This document shows, in pieces, positions 1-9,457 of a stretch of 64,000 nucleotides of DNA (its first letter is position 1; every line of letters begins with the position of its first letter). Source of the stretch: a candidate division CSSED10-310 bacterium (lineage in GTDB: Bacteria > CSSED10-310). Location of the stretch: positions 104,175 to 168,174 of the forward strand of contig JAFGEQ010000002.1 of assembly GCA_016931515.1 (NCBI GenBank). The letters run 5' to 3'. Position numbers and translations under genes: made by a program. The notes under the pieces are model-generated. The model saw only the letters and a list, made by a program, of their open reading frames with translations. It was not told the DNA's origin and searched no databases.

Positions 1-575
1 ATCAGGATATGAGACACGAGCACTTGTTCAGGTCGACGTAAAACTTCCTTGTTTTGATTGTAAAATTCCTCGATTTCTTCATCTGAAGGAGATTGGATGA
101 TCTGAAGTTCCTGATCCAGTAATTTTTCCACAAGCAATCCCCTGCGAGCCTCTTCAGTGAGTTCCTCATCGGTCAGAGCCCGGATTTCCAGTTCGAGTGA
201 ATATGTTTCCATCGATTCATAAGCCGCTCGTAATCCATTGATCTGCATATCCACCTCTTCCTCGGAAATGGTCAAGCCTCTTCGCAAAGCCTCTTCTACC
301 AGCAATTCGGTATTTATCAGATTCTGAATCGCCTGTAATTCAAACTCGGTTTCTTTCTGTTGAAGAAGCTGTGCTGGCATATCAGAACCGACACTGAGCA
401 ACAGGTTGACCATCTCACAGTGCATCTGATTTTTGGTAAGCGGTTTTTCGTTAACACGGACAACTATTTCGTTATCCCCTTGGATATCTATAGCTTCTTG
501 TTTGGAGCAAGATACGAGGAGTAACGAGACTACTGGAATCAATAGCATCATCGGTTGGAAATCACTGTATTTCAT
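1..575 (-). CDS. SurA/PrsA-like peptidyl-prolyl isomerase/chaperone lipoprotein (partial, runs off window start)
   Basis: Not in the ORF track. My translation: MKYSDFQPMMLLIPVVSLLLVSC (lipobox-like) ...VVRVNEKPLT...QNLINTELLVEEALRRGLTISEEEVD...PSDEEIEEFYNQNKEVLRRPEQVLVSHIL, which fits a SurA N-domain leading into the parvulin SHIL motif. Confidence 0.85.
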   Translation of the reverse strand, partial: MKYSDFQPMMLLIPVVSLLLVSCSKQEAIDIQGDNEIVVRVNEKPLTKNQMHCEMVNLLLSVGSDMPAQLLQQKETEFELQAIQNLINTELLVEEALRRGLTISEEEVDMQINGLRAAYESMETYSLELEIRALTDEELTEEARRGLLVEKLLDQELQIIQSPSDEEIEEFYNQNKEVLRRPEQVLVSHIL

Positions 576-585
576 AAGACGATTC

Positions 586-1710
586 CTATTCAGAGAAACT
601 CCAGATCCAGATATCCGGAGTGGTCAGAATCTGCTGGTAATCCAGGCTGGTAATCGCGGCAACAAACATCACATTATCTACCGAACCGGCGCCGGACGGC
701 CATGTAAACTCCGGCAAGATCGATACGACCGTGTCTCCCTGTGCGAATGTTCTGAGTTCCGAATCGATCGTTGTCTGCCAGGTTGGGTAAAACCATGTAC
801 CTCCTGCCATAAGTAACACGGTCATGAACCTTGATTCTATTTCAGTTTGATTCGAGTTACCGACCAAAGCGTTTACGAGAAAAGGTTGGCCCGGTGTAAA
901 GTGATGAGAAGGCATCCAGAGCAGCAGGGACAAGCCGGTGCCCGGCTGCTGAGTCGGGCAGGAAGTGCACGTCGGTGCAGGAGTATATGTTGGTAAGGGT
1001 GTTGCCGAAGGTGGTGGTGTAAAGGTCGGCAGCGGGGAATATGTGGGATAGGGTGTTGATGTTGGAAATGGTGTATACGTCGGAGGTGGTGTATAGGTCG
1101 GAAGAGTGCCCGTTGACGTCGCTGTTGGAGTTGGATCGGTTGTGTTGACCAGAAGTCTTAGAATCCAATCACCTGTAAGGCCGAAAAACTCTGAATATCT
1201 CCAACCGAAATTTATGTCGAACAGTGTATTGACATGCTGGGTGATAAATCCATCGTCATCCGAAAAGAATGAAGGGGGAGGATCCTGGAGAAACTCGAGT
1301 CCGACCCTGACAGATCCGGATAAAATGGGATCAAGCCCCAATCCTGTCATATCGATTTCGTTTATCGCTCCTGCAGTCAGCAAAACGGTGAAAGGCGTCG
1401 CGAGTTCTTCACCTGGAGATTCCCCTCCGCTATCCTCCCAGATATGACACAAAAACTGAGAGGAAGTAGTTCCGCCCATGGTTCCGTCTCCAACCAGGAC
1501 TCTGACAGCCATTACATCGAATGGATATTCAGTCGTTGAGACAGAAAATGTCGATGCCATGATTTCTCCGGTTACAAATCCGGCTTGGTAATTAGCTGCA
1601 TCCTCAGGCTGCCATGCATCATTCGCTAATTCTTGAATAGCTGCCTGAATTCCAGCGGGACATGTCACCAACATCGTTACAATCAGCCATGATAATAGTC
1701 TGCGGCTCAA
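586..1710 (-). CDS. Secreted protein: beta-rich N-terminal domain, Pro/Thr hexapeptide-repeat linker, conserved WFYP/FxWP C-terminal domain
   Basis: Signal-peptide-like N-terminus, GGAG RBS before the TTG start, xPT[YF]TP repeats. The C-terminal domain is homologous to those of 20920..22173 and 59034..60299. Confidence 0.75.
   Translation of the reverse strand: MSRRLLSWLIVTMLVTCPAGIQAAIQELANDAWQPEDAANYQAGFVTGEIMASTFSVSTTEYPFDVMAVRVLVGDGTMGGTTSSQFLCHIWEDSGGESPGEELATPFTVLLTAGAINEIDMTGLGLDPILSGSVRVGLEFLQDPPPSFFSDDDGFITQHVNTLFDINFGWRYSEFFGLTGDWILRLLVNTTDPTPTATSTGTLPTYTPPPTYTPFPTSTPYPTYSPLPTFTPPPSATPLPTYTPAPTCTSCPTQQPGTGLSLLLWMPSHHFTPGQPFLVNALVGNSNQTEIESRFMTVLLMAGGTWFYPTWQTTIDSELRTFAQGDTVVSILPEFTWPSGAGSVDNVMFVAAITSLDYQQILTTPDIWIWSFSE
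950..1140 (-). repeat. Coding tandem hexapeptide repeat (xPT[YFS]TP) linker
   Basis: LPTYTPPPTYTPFPTSTPYPTYSPLPTFTPPPSATPLPTYTPAPT in the translation. Confidence 0.85.
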
Positions 1711-1800
1711 GGACGTGATCTCCTTCCAAGTCGGGATTCGAATCCTGATATCTGTTTATCAGATTCGGATACATGCCGCAATTTTGCTTCCTGTCGACGG

Positions 1801-3498
1801 TTAACGTCTGCGAACCAGGTAGGGACCGGCAATCAGAGCATCGAGATGACTGGCTTCGAACGCTTTCAGCGCATCACCCGGTGTCATGACAATGGGTTCT
1901 TCGTGCATATTGAAACTGGTGTTGACGAGCGTCGGAATGCCCGTGAGCCGGTGATAAGCCTCCAAAATAGCGTAGTATTCCGGATTATCCTGACTTCGAA
2001 TTACCTGGGGTCTCGCAGTGCCATCCACGTGAACGACGGCAGGTGCTTCCTGTTTCATCGATTCGGAACATCGGAACGTGATAGTCATAAACCGGGCTGT
2101 TCGTTCAGCTCCGGAATACCCGAAGTAGCGGTCTTCCGCGAATGGAGCCAATGTAACGGGTGCGAATGGCATGAATTCCGTCCGTTTCAGTTGTTTATTG
2201 AGCCAATCATTTACGGAGGGATCACCGCAGTGATAAAGGATGGATCGATTCCCCAGCGCTCGGGGACCGAACTCCATTGGACCGTTGAAACGTGCGATAA
2301 CCTTTCCCTGCGCCAAGAGTTCCGCAGCGATCCGTGGCAAATCGGATGGAGTTTCATATGCATAACCGCACTGATCCAGTGTTAACCGGATTGTATCAGC
2401 CGGATAAGCGGTTCCAAAGTACATTGTGTCCGGTATGCTCAGATTTTGTTTTACCGGATACGATTCCAGGCATGCCCCCAGAGAAAGGCCGCAATCCGTC
2501 ATAGCCGGCATTACGAATGTATTTCGGAAACCCAATTCCTGAACGCGTCGATTGACCGACACGTTGGCGAACACGCCTCCCGCAAGACAGATATTATCAG
2601 ATTGAATGTCCCGGATATTATCCATGATTAACTGGATTACTTTTCGTTCCGTTAAAAACTGGATGGCAAAAGCGATAGTCTCACGTGCATACGAACCGAA
2701 TACCCTATTTCTGTCGTCCTGCAGCTTTTCGATTCCTGCCTGCTCGATAACCTGATAGGCCTCGGAGGAATCCAGAACGCCAATTCCGGAGGAACGCCAT
2801 GCTTTTTCAAGATATTCCTGTAAAGTATCAATGCAGGATTGATCATGCCGGCCATATGCAGCGAGACCTGTAATTTTTCCCGGGTGCCTGAGCGGATGAA
2901 AACCCAGCATGGCTGTCACCTTTTCGTAGTCACGACCGACCGTTACGTCATTATGAAAATAGCTTTTGACTTGCTTGATACCCGTCGTCCGGTCAGCCCG
3001 ATAAAAACAACATGAGAATCCATCACCCTCGCCGTCCAGCGTCATGATCCAGCTTTGATCAAAACCGCTGTGATAGAATGCTCCGGCAGCATGTGCTCGA
3101 TGATGCTCAATGTTGATAACGGGCCACTCCGGATCAATTCCACCCGCTGACACCTGTGCTTCCAGCGCTCGCCCGGCGAATAGTTTTTTGCAGCCATTTC
3201 TGAGCCATATTCCAAAACGTGGAGCTGCTCTGCCATTGAGAAGGGATCCCACGAAAAAATGCAATTCGCGAATGATTTTGGATCTCATTTTCATTCTGGG
3301 TGTAGCCAGGCATGAAATATTTTCCCTGTAAAGTTTCAAGGCATATGCCAGGGATAAAGCTGGAAATCCGGCGAACATTTTCTGCCGGTTGAATCGTTCT
3401 TCACCGGCGGCAAACAGGACCTGACCGTTCCGATCCAGGACAGTCACATTGCAATCATGGCCGGTATGAATGCCCAGGATAAGATCCTTATCAGTCAT
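1801..3498 (-). CDS. Carbamoyltransferase, NodU/CmcH family
   Basis: ILGIHTGHD, EERFNRQK, EHHRAHAA, LDGEGD, LAGGVFANV, EFGPRALGNRSIL, FMPFAP, HVDGTARPQ and NTSFNMHEEP motifs. Start moved to the ATG at 3498, which gives an ATGA overlap with the upstream stop. Confidence 0.93.
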   Translation of the reverse strand: MTDKDLILGIHTGHDCNVTVLDRNGQVLFAAGEERFNRQKMFAGFPALSLAYALKLYRENISCLATPRMKMRSKIIRELHFFVGSLLNGRAAPRFGIWLRNGCKKLFAGRALEAQVSAGGIDPEWPVINIEHHRAHAAGAFYHSGFDQSWIMTLDGEGDGFSCCFYRADRTTGIKQVKSYFHNDVTVGRDYEKVTAMLGFHPLRHPGKITGLAAYGRHDQSCIDTLQEYLEKAWRSSGIGVLDSSEAYQVIEQAGIEKLQDDRNRVFGSYARETIAFAIQFLTERKVIQLIMDNIRDIQSDNICLAGGVFANVSVNRRVQELGFRNTFVMPAMTDCGLSLGACLESYPVKQNLSIPDTMYFGTAYPADTIRLTLDQCGYAYETPSDLPRIAAELLAQGKVIARFNGPMEFGPRALGNRSILYHCGDPSVNDWLNKQLKRTEFMPFAPVTLAPFAEDRYFGYSGAERTARFMTITFRCSESMKQEAPAVVHVDGTARPQVIRSQDNPEYYAILEAYHRLTGIPTLVNTSFNMHEEPIVMTPGDALKAFEASHLDALIAGPYLVRRR

Positions 3499-4481
3499 TC
3501 CATGTCTCCGGATCGAAGATGATCGGTACAATTGATGGAGGTTTCCGAGGTAACTATCTGCCATTCGATATCGTGTTTGCTTGAAATTTTCGTTCCCGGC
3601 ATAAGCAATGAGTTCGAGATATTTATTGGAGAAGCAATTTCAACACCGGGACCGATAACACTGTTGACAATGTGCGCATCCGGATTAACTATCGCATCTG
3701 ATGAAATCAGTTTATCCAGTTTTTGGCTATTGAGAAGTTTCAGATTGCATCTCAGCAGGTCGGACGGGACGGTCACGTTCATATCCCAAGCCACTGTTTC
3801 CTCAGGATAAACCCTATATCCGTCATCCAGCATAATTTGTATGGCAGTTGTGATTTCGTATTCATCTCTCATTGCTGTCCTAGGCGTCCTGCGGATGGCG
3901 TCAAATATCGGCAGATCAAACAGATAAATTCCGCAGCCTTTCAGATTATCACTTATATAGCGAGGTTTTTCGACCACCCTTATGATCCGGCCATCATCGG
4001 AAAGAATCACAGAGAAGTTCCGGCGAACCATTTCAATCTGTGGTTCATGCTTGACTGCAAGAACGGCACAGGCATTTTTTTCGTTAAACGTGCTGATCAT
4101 TCGCTCCAATCTGTCAGGAACGAAGAAAATGTCACCAAGAAATAACAGAATCGGCCCATTCAGATCATCTTCCAGCTGGTATACAGCATGAGCGATTCCC
4201 AGGGGTTTTTCCTGGATCACATAACGGATATCGATTCCCAGATGCCGTCCGTTTCCAAACTCATCCATTATCAGGCGGCCCAGGTGACCGACCACGATAT
4301 AGATAGTTCGTATTCCTACTGATTTCATGTAATCGATCTGGTGAGCGATAACCGGCCGGTTGCAAACTGGTAGAAGAGGTTTCGGAACATCAAAACTGAG
4401 TGGTCGAATCCTGGCACCTGATCCGGCGGCCAAAATAACGCCGACGATTTCCCTGGTTCCATGGTCTCGATAGTTCTGCAT
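3495..4481 (-). CDS. Sugar-1-phosphate nucleotidyltransferase (RmlA long form/GCD1 family)
   Basis: GVILAAGSGARIRPL..PKPLLPV, QEKPLGIAHA, LFLGD, VEKP and EYEIT motifs; short C-terminal left-handed beta-helix. Confidence 0.9.
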   Translation of the reverse strand: MQNYRDHGTREIVGVILAAGSGARIRPLSFDVPKPLLPVCNRPVIAHQIDYMKSVGIRTIYIVVGHLGRLIMDEFGNGRHLGIDIRYVIQEKPLGIAHAVYQLEDDLNGPILLFLGDIFFVPDRLERMISTFNEKNACAVLAVKHEPQIEMVRRNFSVILSDDGRIIRVVEKPRYISDNLKGCGIYLFDLPIFDAIRRTPRTAMRDEYEITTAIQIMLDDGYRVYPEETVAWDMNVTVPSDLLRCNLKLLNSQKLDKLISSDAIVNPDAHIVNSVIGPGVEIASPINISNSLLMPGTKISSKHDIEWQIVTSETSINCTDHLRSGDME

Positions 4482-5197
4482 TACAAACTCCGTATCACAC
4501 CCTGTTTATAAAGAGCGATTTTACGTTTCAAGTAGATGAGAAAAATCAACATCTGCCAAGCTGTGCGAAAAGGTGCAAGACTTGATCGGCCCCCTGAGCG
4601 GACGGCATGATTGACTGCGGTCTCGGTTACAATCAAACCCAATGCATGCGCTTTAAGTACGATTTCCGTAGGGAGTTGGAAACCACTCGCTTCAAACTGC
4701 ATCTTCCTGATCACAGGACCATTCAGGAGTTTCAAGGCGCAGTTCGTATCCCGGTAAGAAACACCGAACATCAGCCGAATCAGTCGATTCATGATTCGAT
4801 CTCCGATAACTTTTATCCATGCATCCTGCTTAGTCTTACGGTATCCGGACAGGACAACGGTCGATTCTGTGAAGCGAGGTAACATTTCTGATACATCACT
4901 TATATCGAACTGACCATCAGAATCTATTGTGATCACAATATCTCCAGTTGACGCCCGTATGGCTCGAGCCAAAGCTGCACCATATCCCTGATTAGGATGG
5001 TTAGTCTCCACTTTTAATCCAGGATATTCTGTCTGCAGTGCATACAATATGTCACCGGTCCGGTCTTTTGATCCATCGTTGGTGACAACAACTTCAACAT
5101 CGCTCGTCAAGCCGCTGATCACGTCGAAACAGCGTCGAACCATTTTTTCTATATTCTGAGCTTCGTTATAAGCCGGCATCACGACTGACAAGCGCAT
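4481..5197 (-). CDS. Glycosyltransferase family 2, DPM1-like (polyprenol-phosphate glycosyltransferase)
   Basis: SVVMPAYNE, NDGSKDRT, NQGYGAAL and DSDGQFD motifs. Confidence 0.9.
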   Translation of the reverse strand: MRLSVVMPAYNEAQNIEKMVRRCFDVISGLTSDVEVVVTNDGSKDRTGDILYALQTEYPGLKVETNHPNQGYGAALARAIRASTGDIVITIDSDGQFDISDVSEMLPRFTESTVVLSGYRKTKQDAWIKVIGDRIMNRLIRLMFGVSYRDTNCALKLLNGPVIRKMQFEASGFQLPTEIVLKAHALGLIVTETAVNHAVRSGGRSSLAPFRTAWQMLIFLIYLKRKIALYKQGVIRSL

Positions 5198-5340
5198 ACA
5201 CTATCCCCCGTTGCATATCCGGGTGCTCATGGTAATAACGCATCCTGATGCTGTCAACTCAAGAGCTGATCAAATTCCATCATTTAATGTACACCATGAC
5301 CAGGTTTGACAGGTTGGATGAGAATGGATAATCTCCCGGC

Positions 5341-6057
5341 ATGAAATCGAGCAAGACGCTTCTAACAGTTATCATTCCGGTGCTCAATGAAGAGAAAACC
5401 ATTGATACGATCCTGGATAGAGTCCTGGCTGTCAACATCGAAAAAGAGATTATTGTTGTCGATGACGGGTCAACGGATTCGACGCCGTACAAATTGAAAG
5501 CCAGAGAGAGTGATACTATCAGGATTTTGACCCATCCGGAAAATTTAGGAAAGGGATCCGCGATACATACTGCGTTAGCTGAGGTCAAGGGACGTTATGT
5601 CATCATCCAAGATGGTGATTTGGAATATGATCCCAACGATTACATCCGACTGATGGATGTGATGCTCGCCAAAAGCGCACGAGCTGTTTTCGGAAGCCGT
5701 ATCCTCGGGAAACAGCCCATGTCTTATCTGCGATACTGGCTAGGTGGCCGAGGTATAACGTGGTTTACAAACCTGTTGTTCGCTACCAAAATTACTGACG
5801 AACCAACATGTTACAAGATGATTGAGACCGATTTGCTTCGATCGCTGAACCTCGAGTGTCCGGGTTTTGAATTCTGTCCCGAAGTAACCGGGAAAATTTT
5901 AAAACAAGGTATTCCTATTTTCGAAATACCCATCAATTACAATCCGCGGTCTTTGGAAGAGGGGAAAAAAATACGCTGGGTTGATGGATTCATCGCTTTG
6001 TGGACCCTCGTTAAAATCAGGGTATGGGGTCGTTCCTATCTAACAAAGCATCACTGA
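5341..6057 (+). CDS. Glycosyltransferase family 2, DPM1-like
   Basis: [36 protein letters not shown] and EGKKIRWVDG motifs. Confidence 0.92.
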   Translation: MKSSKTLLTVIIPVLNEEKTIDTILDRVLAVNIEKEIIVVDDGSTDSTPYKLKARESDTIRILTHPENLGKGSAIHTALAEVKGRYVIIQDGDLEYDPNDYIRLMDVMLAKSARAVFGSRILGKQPMSYLRYWLGGRGITWFTNLLFATKITDEPTCYKMIETDLLRSLNLECPGFEFCPEVTGKILKQGIPIFEIPINYNPRSLEEGKKIRWVDGFIALWTLVKIRVWGRSYLTKHH

Positions 6058-7399
6058 AAATACCGATCGTTCGTCCGTTGTCCGGCATGCGATCCCCGAC
6101 TTTTTCGACGAGTTCATCCTGAACCGTTTTCCAATAGTCGAAATTCTCTGACAATTTCTCAAAGTCGGCCTCCGTGTCGACATCAAGCGAAACACCACTG
6201 TAAGGTGACTCAACAAGTTTGAGGTTTGTCATAAATAAGCGGCTCAGGAGTTCTTCAAACTCGGTGGTTCTCAAATGCCGTCTAATCCTATCACCGGCAC
6301 TCACATATCCATATCGGCGAAGCATTGCAACAAGGTGAAGCAGTAATCCCATTCGCAATGTTTGAAAACGACTGCTTAAACGCAACAGTTTCCCAAAAAG
6401 TGCGATAATATTACGCCACTCCGTCATCTTTCGAATTCCGAAACTTTCCTGGATCAATTCCTTGTTTCCGACTCTATTCGGCCGGACCAGCAACATGTTG
6501 CAAGCCCGAATATGTGCTTCCCGGAGAGAAAGATAGGGTCTTAAAATGCCCGGTTTTTTATTCTTGCCATAATAAAAAAACCTCAGCATTTCCAATGACG
6601 CTGTGCTCACAATAAAATCGCCGGAAAGCCGTTCACAGCGATTGAGAAAATCAGCTATGGCGGGACCTGAAATCAGTGGGACATCGCTTCCTGTAATAAA
6701 AATGGGCTTTTTAAATCGTCTCTCCCATTCCGCGAAATAATCAAAAAGAAATTGTTCCCGAAATCTTATCCCGGAAGGAGTTTCCTGAAGAATATGCCCA
6801 TCTGTCAACAATGTCTCGACACCCATCTTGCCCATAAACCATTCCTGTCGTTCAAAACGGTGTCTAAACTCATCGAAGCGGCGTTCCATTGCTGCCACGA
6901 CCGAACCCTTCTCAAGTGCTGAACGTTGATGACGGATCATCTGACCGGCAACGGCGCTATAGACTGAAACGATGATATTAAGATGAGCTTTTTTCTTGAT
7001 TGGAAAGTGCCCTCCCAGAAGTAATGTTTCAATTCGCCGATTGACCGGGAGATTGTTGCCATCGGGAAATGTCGCCAGAAATCCATTCCAGACATTCTCA
7101 AGAATCCGGCTGCGCTGCTGAACAATCATCAGCCGATTCGGGTATTGCGCGAGGAGAAGGTGCAGGGCTGATTCCAGTGCATTTCTTGGACCTACCACGA
7201 CGATCCTGTTCAATCTGTCGCTTTCCAGACAGGCAGTTGTGACATAAGCGATCAACGGTTTGCCCATCAACTGCAGGAAGGCTTTATTCTGACCTTTAAT
7301 CAATCGCTTGGGATTTCGATGGGATCCGGCCAGAATCACCGCATCTACTTTTTCATCCGCACGCCATCTTTCATCCTTCTCAAGTTTCATCCGAAACAC
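6017..7399 (-). CDS. MobA-like nucleotidyltransferase-fold protein with a large internal insertion
   Basis: DAVILAGS..NKAFLQLMGKPLIAYV, ITGSDVPLI and DVDTEAD motifs. About 110 extra residues lie between the N-terminal and DxP segments. Confidence 0.7.
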   Translation of the reverse strand: MFRMKLEKDERWRADEKVDAVILAGSHRNPKRLIKGQNKAFLQLMGKPLIAYVTTACLESDRLNRIVVVGPRNALESALHLLLAQYPNRLMIVQQRSRILENVWNGFLATFPDGNNLPVNRRIETLLLGGHFPIKKKAHLNIIVSVYSAVAGQMIRHQRSALEKGSVVAAMERRFDEFRHRFERQEWFMGKMGVETLLTDGHILQETPSGIRFREQFLFDYFAEWERRFKKPIFITGSDVPLISGPAIADFLNRCERLSGDFIVSTASLEMLRFFYYGKNKKPGILRPYLSLREAHIRACNMLLVRPNRVGNKELIQESFGIRKMTEWRNIIALFGKLLRLSSRFQTLRMGLLLHLVAMLRRYGYVSAGDRIRRHLRTTEFEELLSRLFMTNLKLVESPYSGVSLDVDTEADFEKLSENFDYWKTVQDELVEKVGDRMPDNGRTIGIFSDALLDRNDPIP

Positions 7400-9382
7400 C
7401 TAATAAATATCAAGGCACGACTCTGACATTCCAATCTTTTCCATCCATTCACCAGCCAGAAACAGCGACCCTGTGACGAGAACGATGTCATCCGGCATTA
7501 TACATTGTTTTAAACGATTAACAGCATCAAACACATCCATTGCTTCAAAAATCTGTGCGAACTTCGAACGAGCCAGGTGTGTGAGTTGGTCAGTTGGGAG
7601 CGCACGGCTGTTCGGGAATGACGTCATGACAATCCGTGATGTATAGCGGGATAAAATCCGGAGCATTCCCTTCGCATTCTTATTAGCGGAACATCCAAAG
7701 ATGGTGATCAGTGGGATTCCGGGATAGAGCAGCCGAATACTCTCCATCAATGCCTGAATGGCCCTGGGATTATGAGCTCCATCAATGATCAGGTTTTTTC
7801 CAGGCATTCCATCAGGAATTCGGGAGGGAGGGATAACCGAGAATCTTCCCGGCCATGTTGTCTGAGCCAATCCTTTCAGCAGAGAATCATTATCCAGTGT
7901 GATGAGTTTTTTTTCTGCCAGGTGCTGGATGACTGCGAGTGCCAGGCGACAATTTTCGAATTGAAACCTGCCCGGAAGGTGAATTCGCAGATTATGATAC
8001 CAGCGCTTCGCTATCCTTGCGGAGAAAGCAGTGCCGCTTGATTCCATGCGAATATTTTTGAGTCTGATGCAGGATGATGCGTTGAAAGCGGGTGCCTTTA
8101 CATTGCTCGCATACATGTTCAGGAACCGTGTAACACTCTGGCGCTGCCGTCCAAGAATCACCGGTATATCGTTTTTTATTATACCGGCTTTTTCACTCGC
8201 AATTGCCATCAATGACTTTCCCAGGCTGTCCATATGATCCATGTCGATACGAGTAATAGCACACACATCCGGTTTGACCACGTTGGTGCAATCCAGGCGC
8301 CCGCCCATTCCTGTTTCAAGAACACTCCAGTCAGTACGCATCCGATCAAAGTATTGGAAAGCCATCGATGTTAACATTTCAAAAGTCGTTCGATACGCTC
8401 TCTCCAGCGACTGGGTACGCCCGGCAATCCGATGCTGTTCATCCGCCAAGCGGATGAAATGCTTTTCTGAAATGGCTTTGCCATTAAAGCGGATCCGTTC
8501 GCGAAGATCCACGAGATGCGGTGATGTATAAAGTCCAATTCGTAGACCGTGCGCGGACAGGATCGATGCGATAAGAGCACTTACACAGCCTTTCCCCTTG
8601 GTTCCGGCAATATGGATGTATCGCCCCGATCTATGAGGATTGTTCTGATGACCCAAATAGCTCTCAAATCGATCAAGGCTGTAGTTCGTTTCGGTATAAG
8701 CCAGACCGGTTTTTCGTTCGTAGTTGATAAACCCGTACAGGAACGTCCGGACATCATCCATCGAATGAATCTGTGACAGACTGTTTTGTGGGAAGTTTGT
8801 TTTTCTGCTGATTAATTTACCAATCGACAACAAGACATTTTGAATCGAATCAAAATCCCACATCGGACTTACGGTCGGGATATGAACAAAGACAGCCGGG
8901 ATCGATAATGGATTGACTATCCGAAGCACATGATAATACAGTGTGTTGCAAACGTAAGTGCCTGCAAAAAATGACGCTTTCACAGGTCGATCCGGAGTGG
9001 ATACCTGTTCTGCCAGACGAACAACATCTACGCTGGATTCGATGAGTTCCGGAGATCCTGACAGGACGGGTTCACCCTGTCCAATCCTGCCGATATTGTC
9101 GGGATGATCGGATTGTTGACGGTTAAGTGCCTGCTGCTCCAGGCACACGGCATCGACGCGTGCATTCAGCCCGCACATAATGATCGCATCGAAACGATTC
9201 CAGTCAGAAAATGAATTGCAAAAGTTGAGACATCCCGAGTAACTCACCGGAAGAACCATGCCCATGATACGAAAACCGGAATGATTTGTTGCACTCATTC
9301 GCCTGATGACGCACTCAGAAGGATTCGGATGATGCTTTTGAAATGACTCGAAACCGGTCAGAAGTAGTTGAATTGGTTTCAT
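7400..9382 (-). CDS. folC: Fusion of pyroglutamyl peptidase I (C15, N-terminal) and folylpolyglutamate synthase/dihydrofolate synthase (C-terminal)
   Basis: N-terminal part: LLTGFESF..NPSE, LEQQALN, PDNIG, AGTYVCN, FVHIP (Pcp Glu/Cys/His triad). C-terminal part: IHIAGTKGKG, YTSPHL..RERIR, TTFE, ETGMGGRLDCTN, DHMDSLG, EKAGIIK, WPGR, DGAHN, TGSLFLAGE. Confidence 0.9.
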   Translation of the reverse strand: MKPIQLLLTGFESFQKHHPNPSECVIRRMSATNHSGFRIMGMVLPVSYSGCLNFCNSFSDWNRFDAIIMCGLNARVDAVCLEQQALNRQQSDHPDNIGRIGQGEPVLSGSPELIESSVDVVRLAEQVSTPDRPVKASFFAGTYVCNTLYYHVLRIVNPLSIPAVFVHIPTVSPMWDFDSIQNVLLSIGKLISRKTNFPQNSLSQIHSMDDVRTFLYGFINYERKTGLAYTETNYSLDRFESYLGHQNNPHRSGRYIHIAGTKGKGCVSALIASILSAHGLRIGLYTSPHLVDLRERIRFNGKAISEKHFIRLADEQHRIAGRTQSLERAYRTTFEMLTSMAFQYFDRMRTDWSVLETGMGGRLDCTNVVKPDVCAITRIDMDHMDSLGKSLMAIASEKAGIIKNDIPVILGRQRQSVTRFLNMYASNVKAPAFNASSCIRLKNIRMESSGTAFSARIAKRWYHNLRIHLPGRFQFENCRLALAVIQHLAEKKLITLDNDSLLKGLAQTTWPGRFSVIPPSRIPDGMPGKNLIIDGAHNPRAIQALMESIRLLYPGIPLITIFGCSANKNAKGMLRILSRYTSRIVMTSFPNSRALPTDQLTHLARSKFAQIFEAMDVFDAVNRLKQCIMPDDIVLVTGSLFLAGEWMEKIGMSESCLDIY

Positions 9383-9457
9383 AGTAGTGGGTTTCTCCGG
9401 TTCCCTTATCGTCGCCGATTGTTATTCAGGCAGACTATATCTCATCGCAGTGGACTA

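Noticed and set aside
950-1140. Periodic sequence as a possible CRISPR array or non-coding tandem repeat
   Set aside because: The 18-nt degenerate periodicity is explained by an in-frame Pro/Thr hexapeptide linker; there is no repeat-spacer structure.
1739-1791. Hairpin (CGAATC-CTGATA...TATCAG-ATTCG) and weak sigma-54-like AGGAAG-N5-TTGCG upstream of the 1710 gene
   Set aside because: The hairpin has no T-tract and the -24 element is poor; too weak to call as either a terminator or a promoter.
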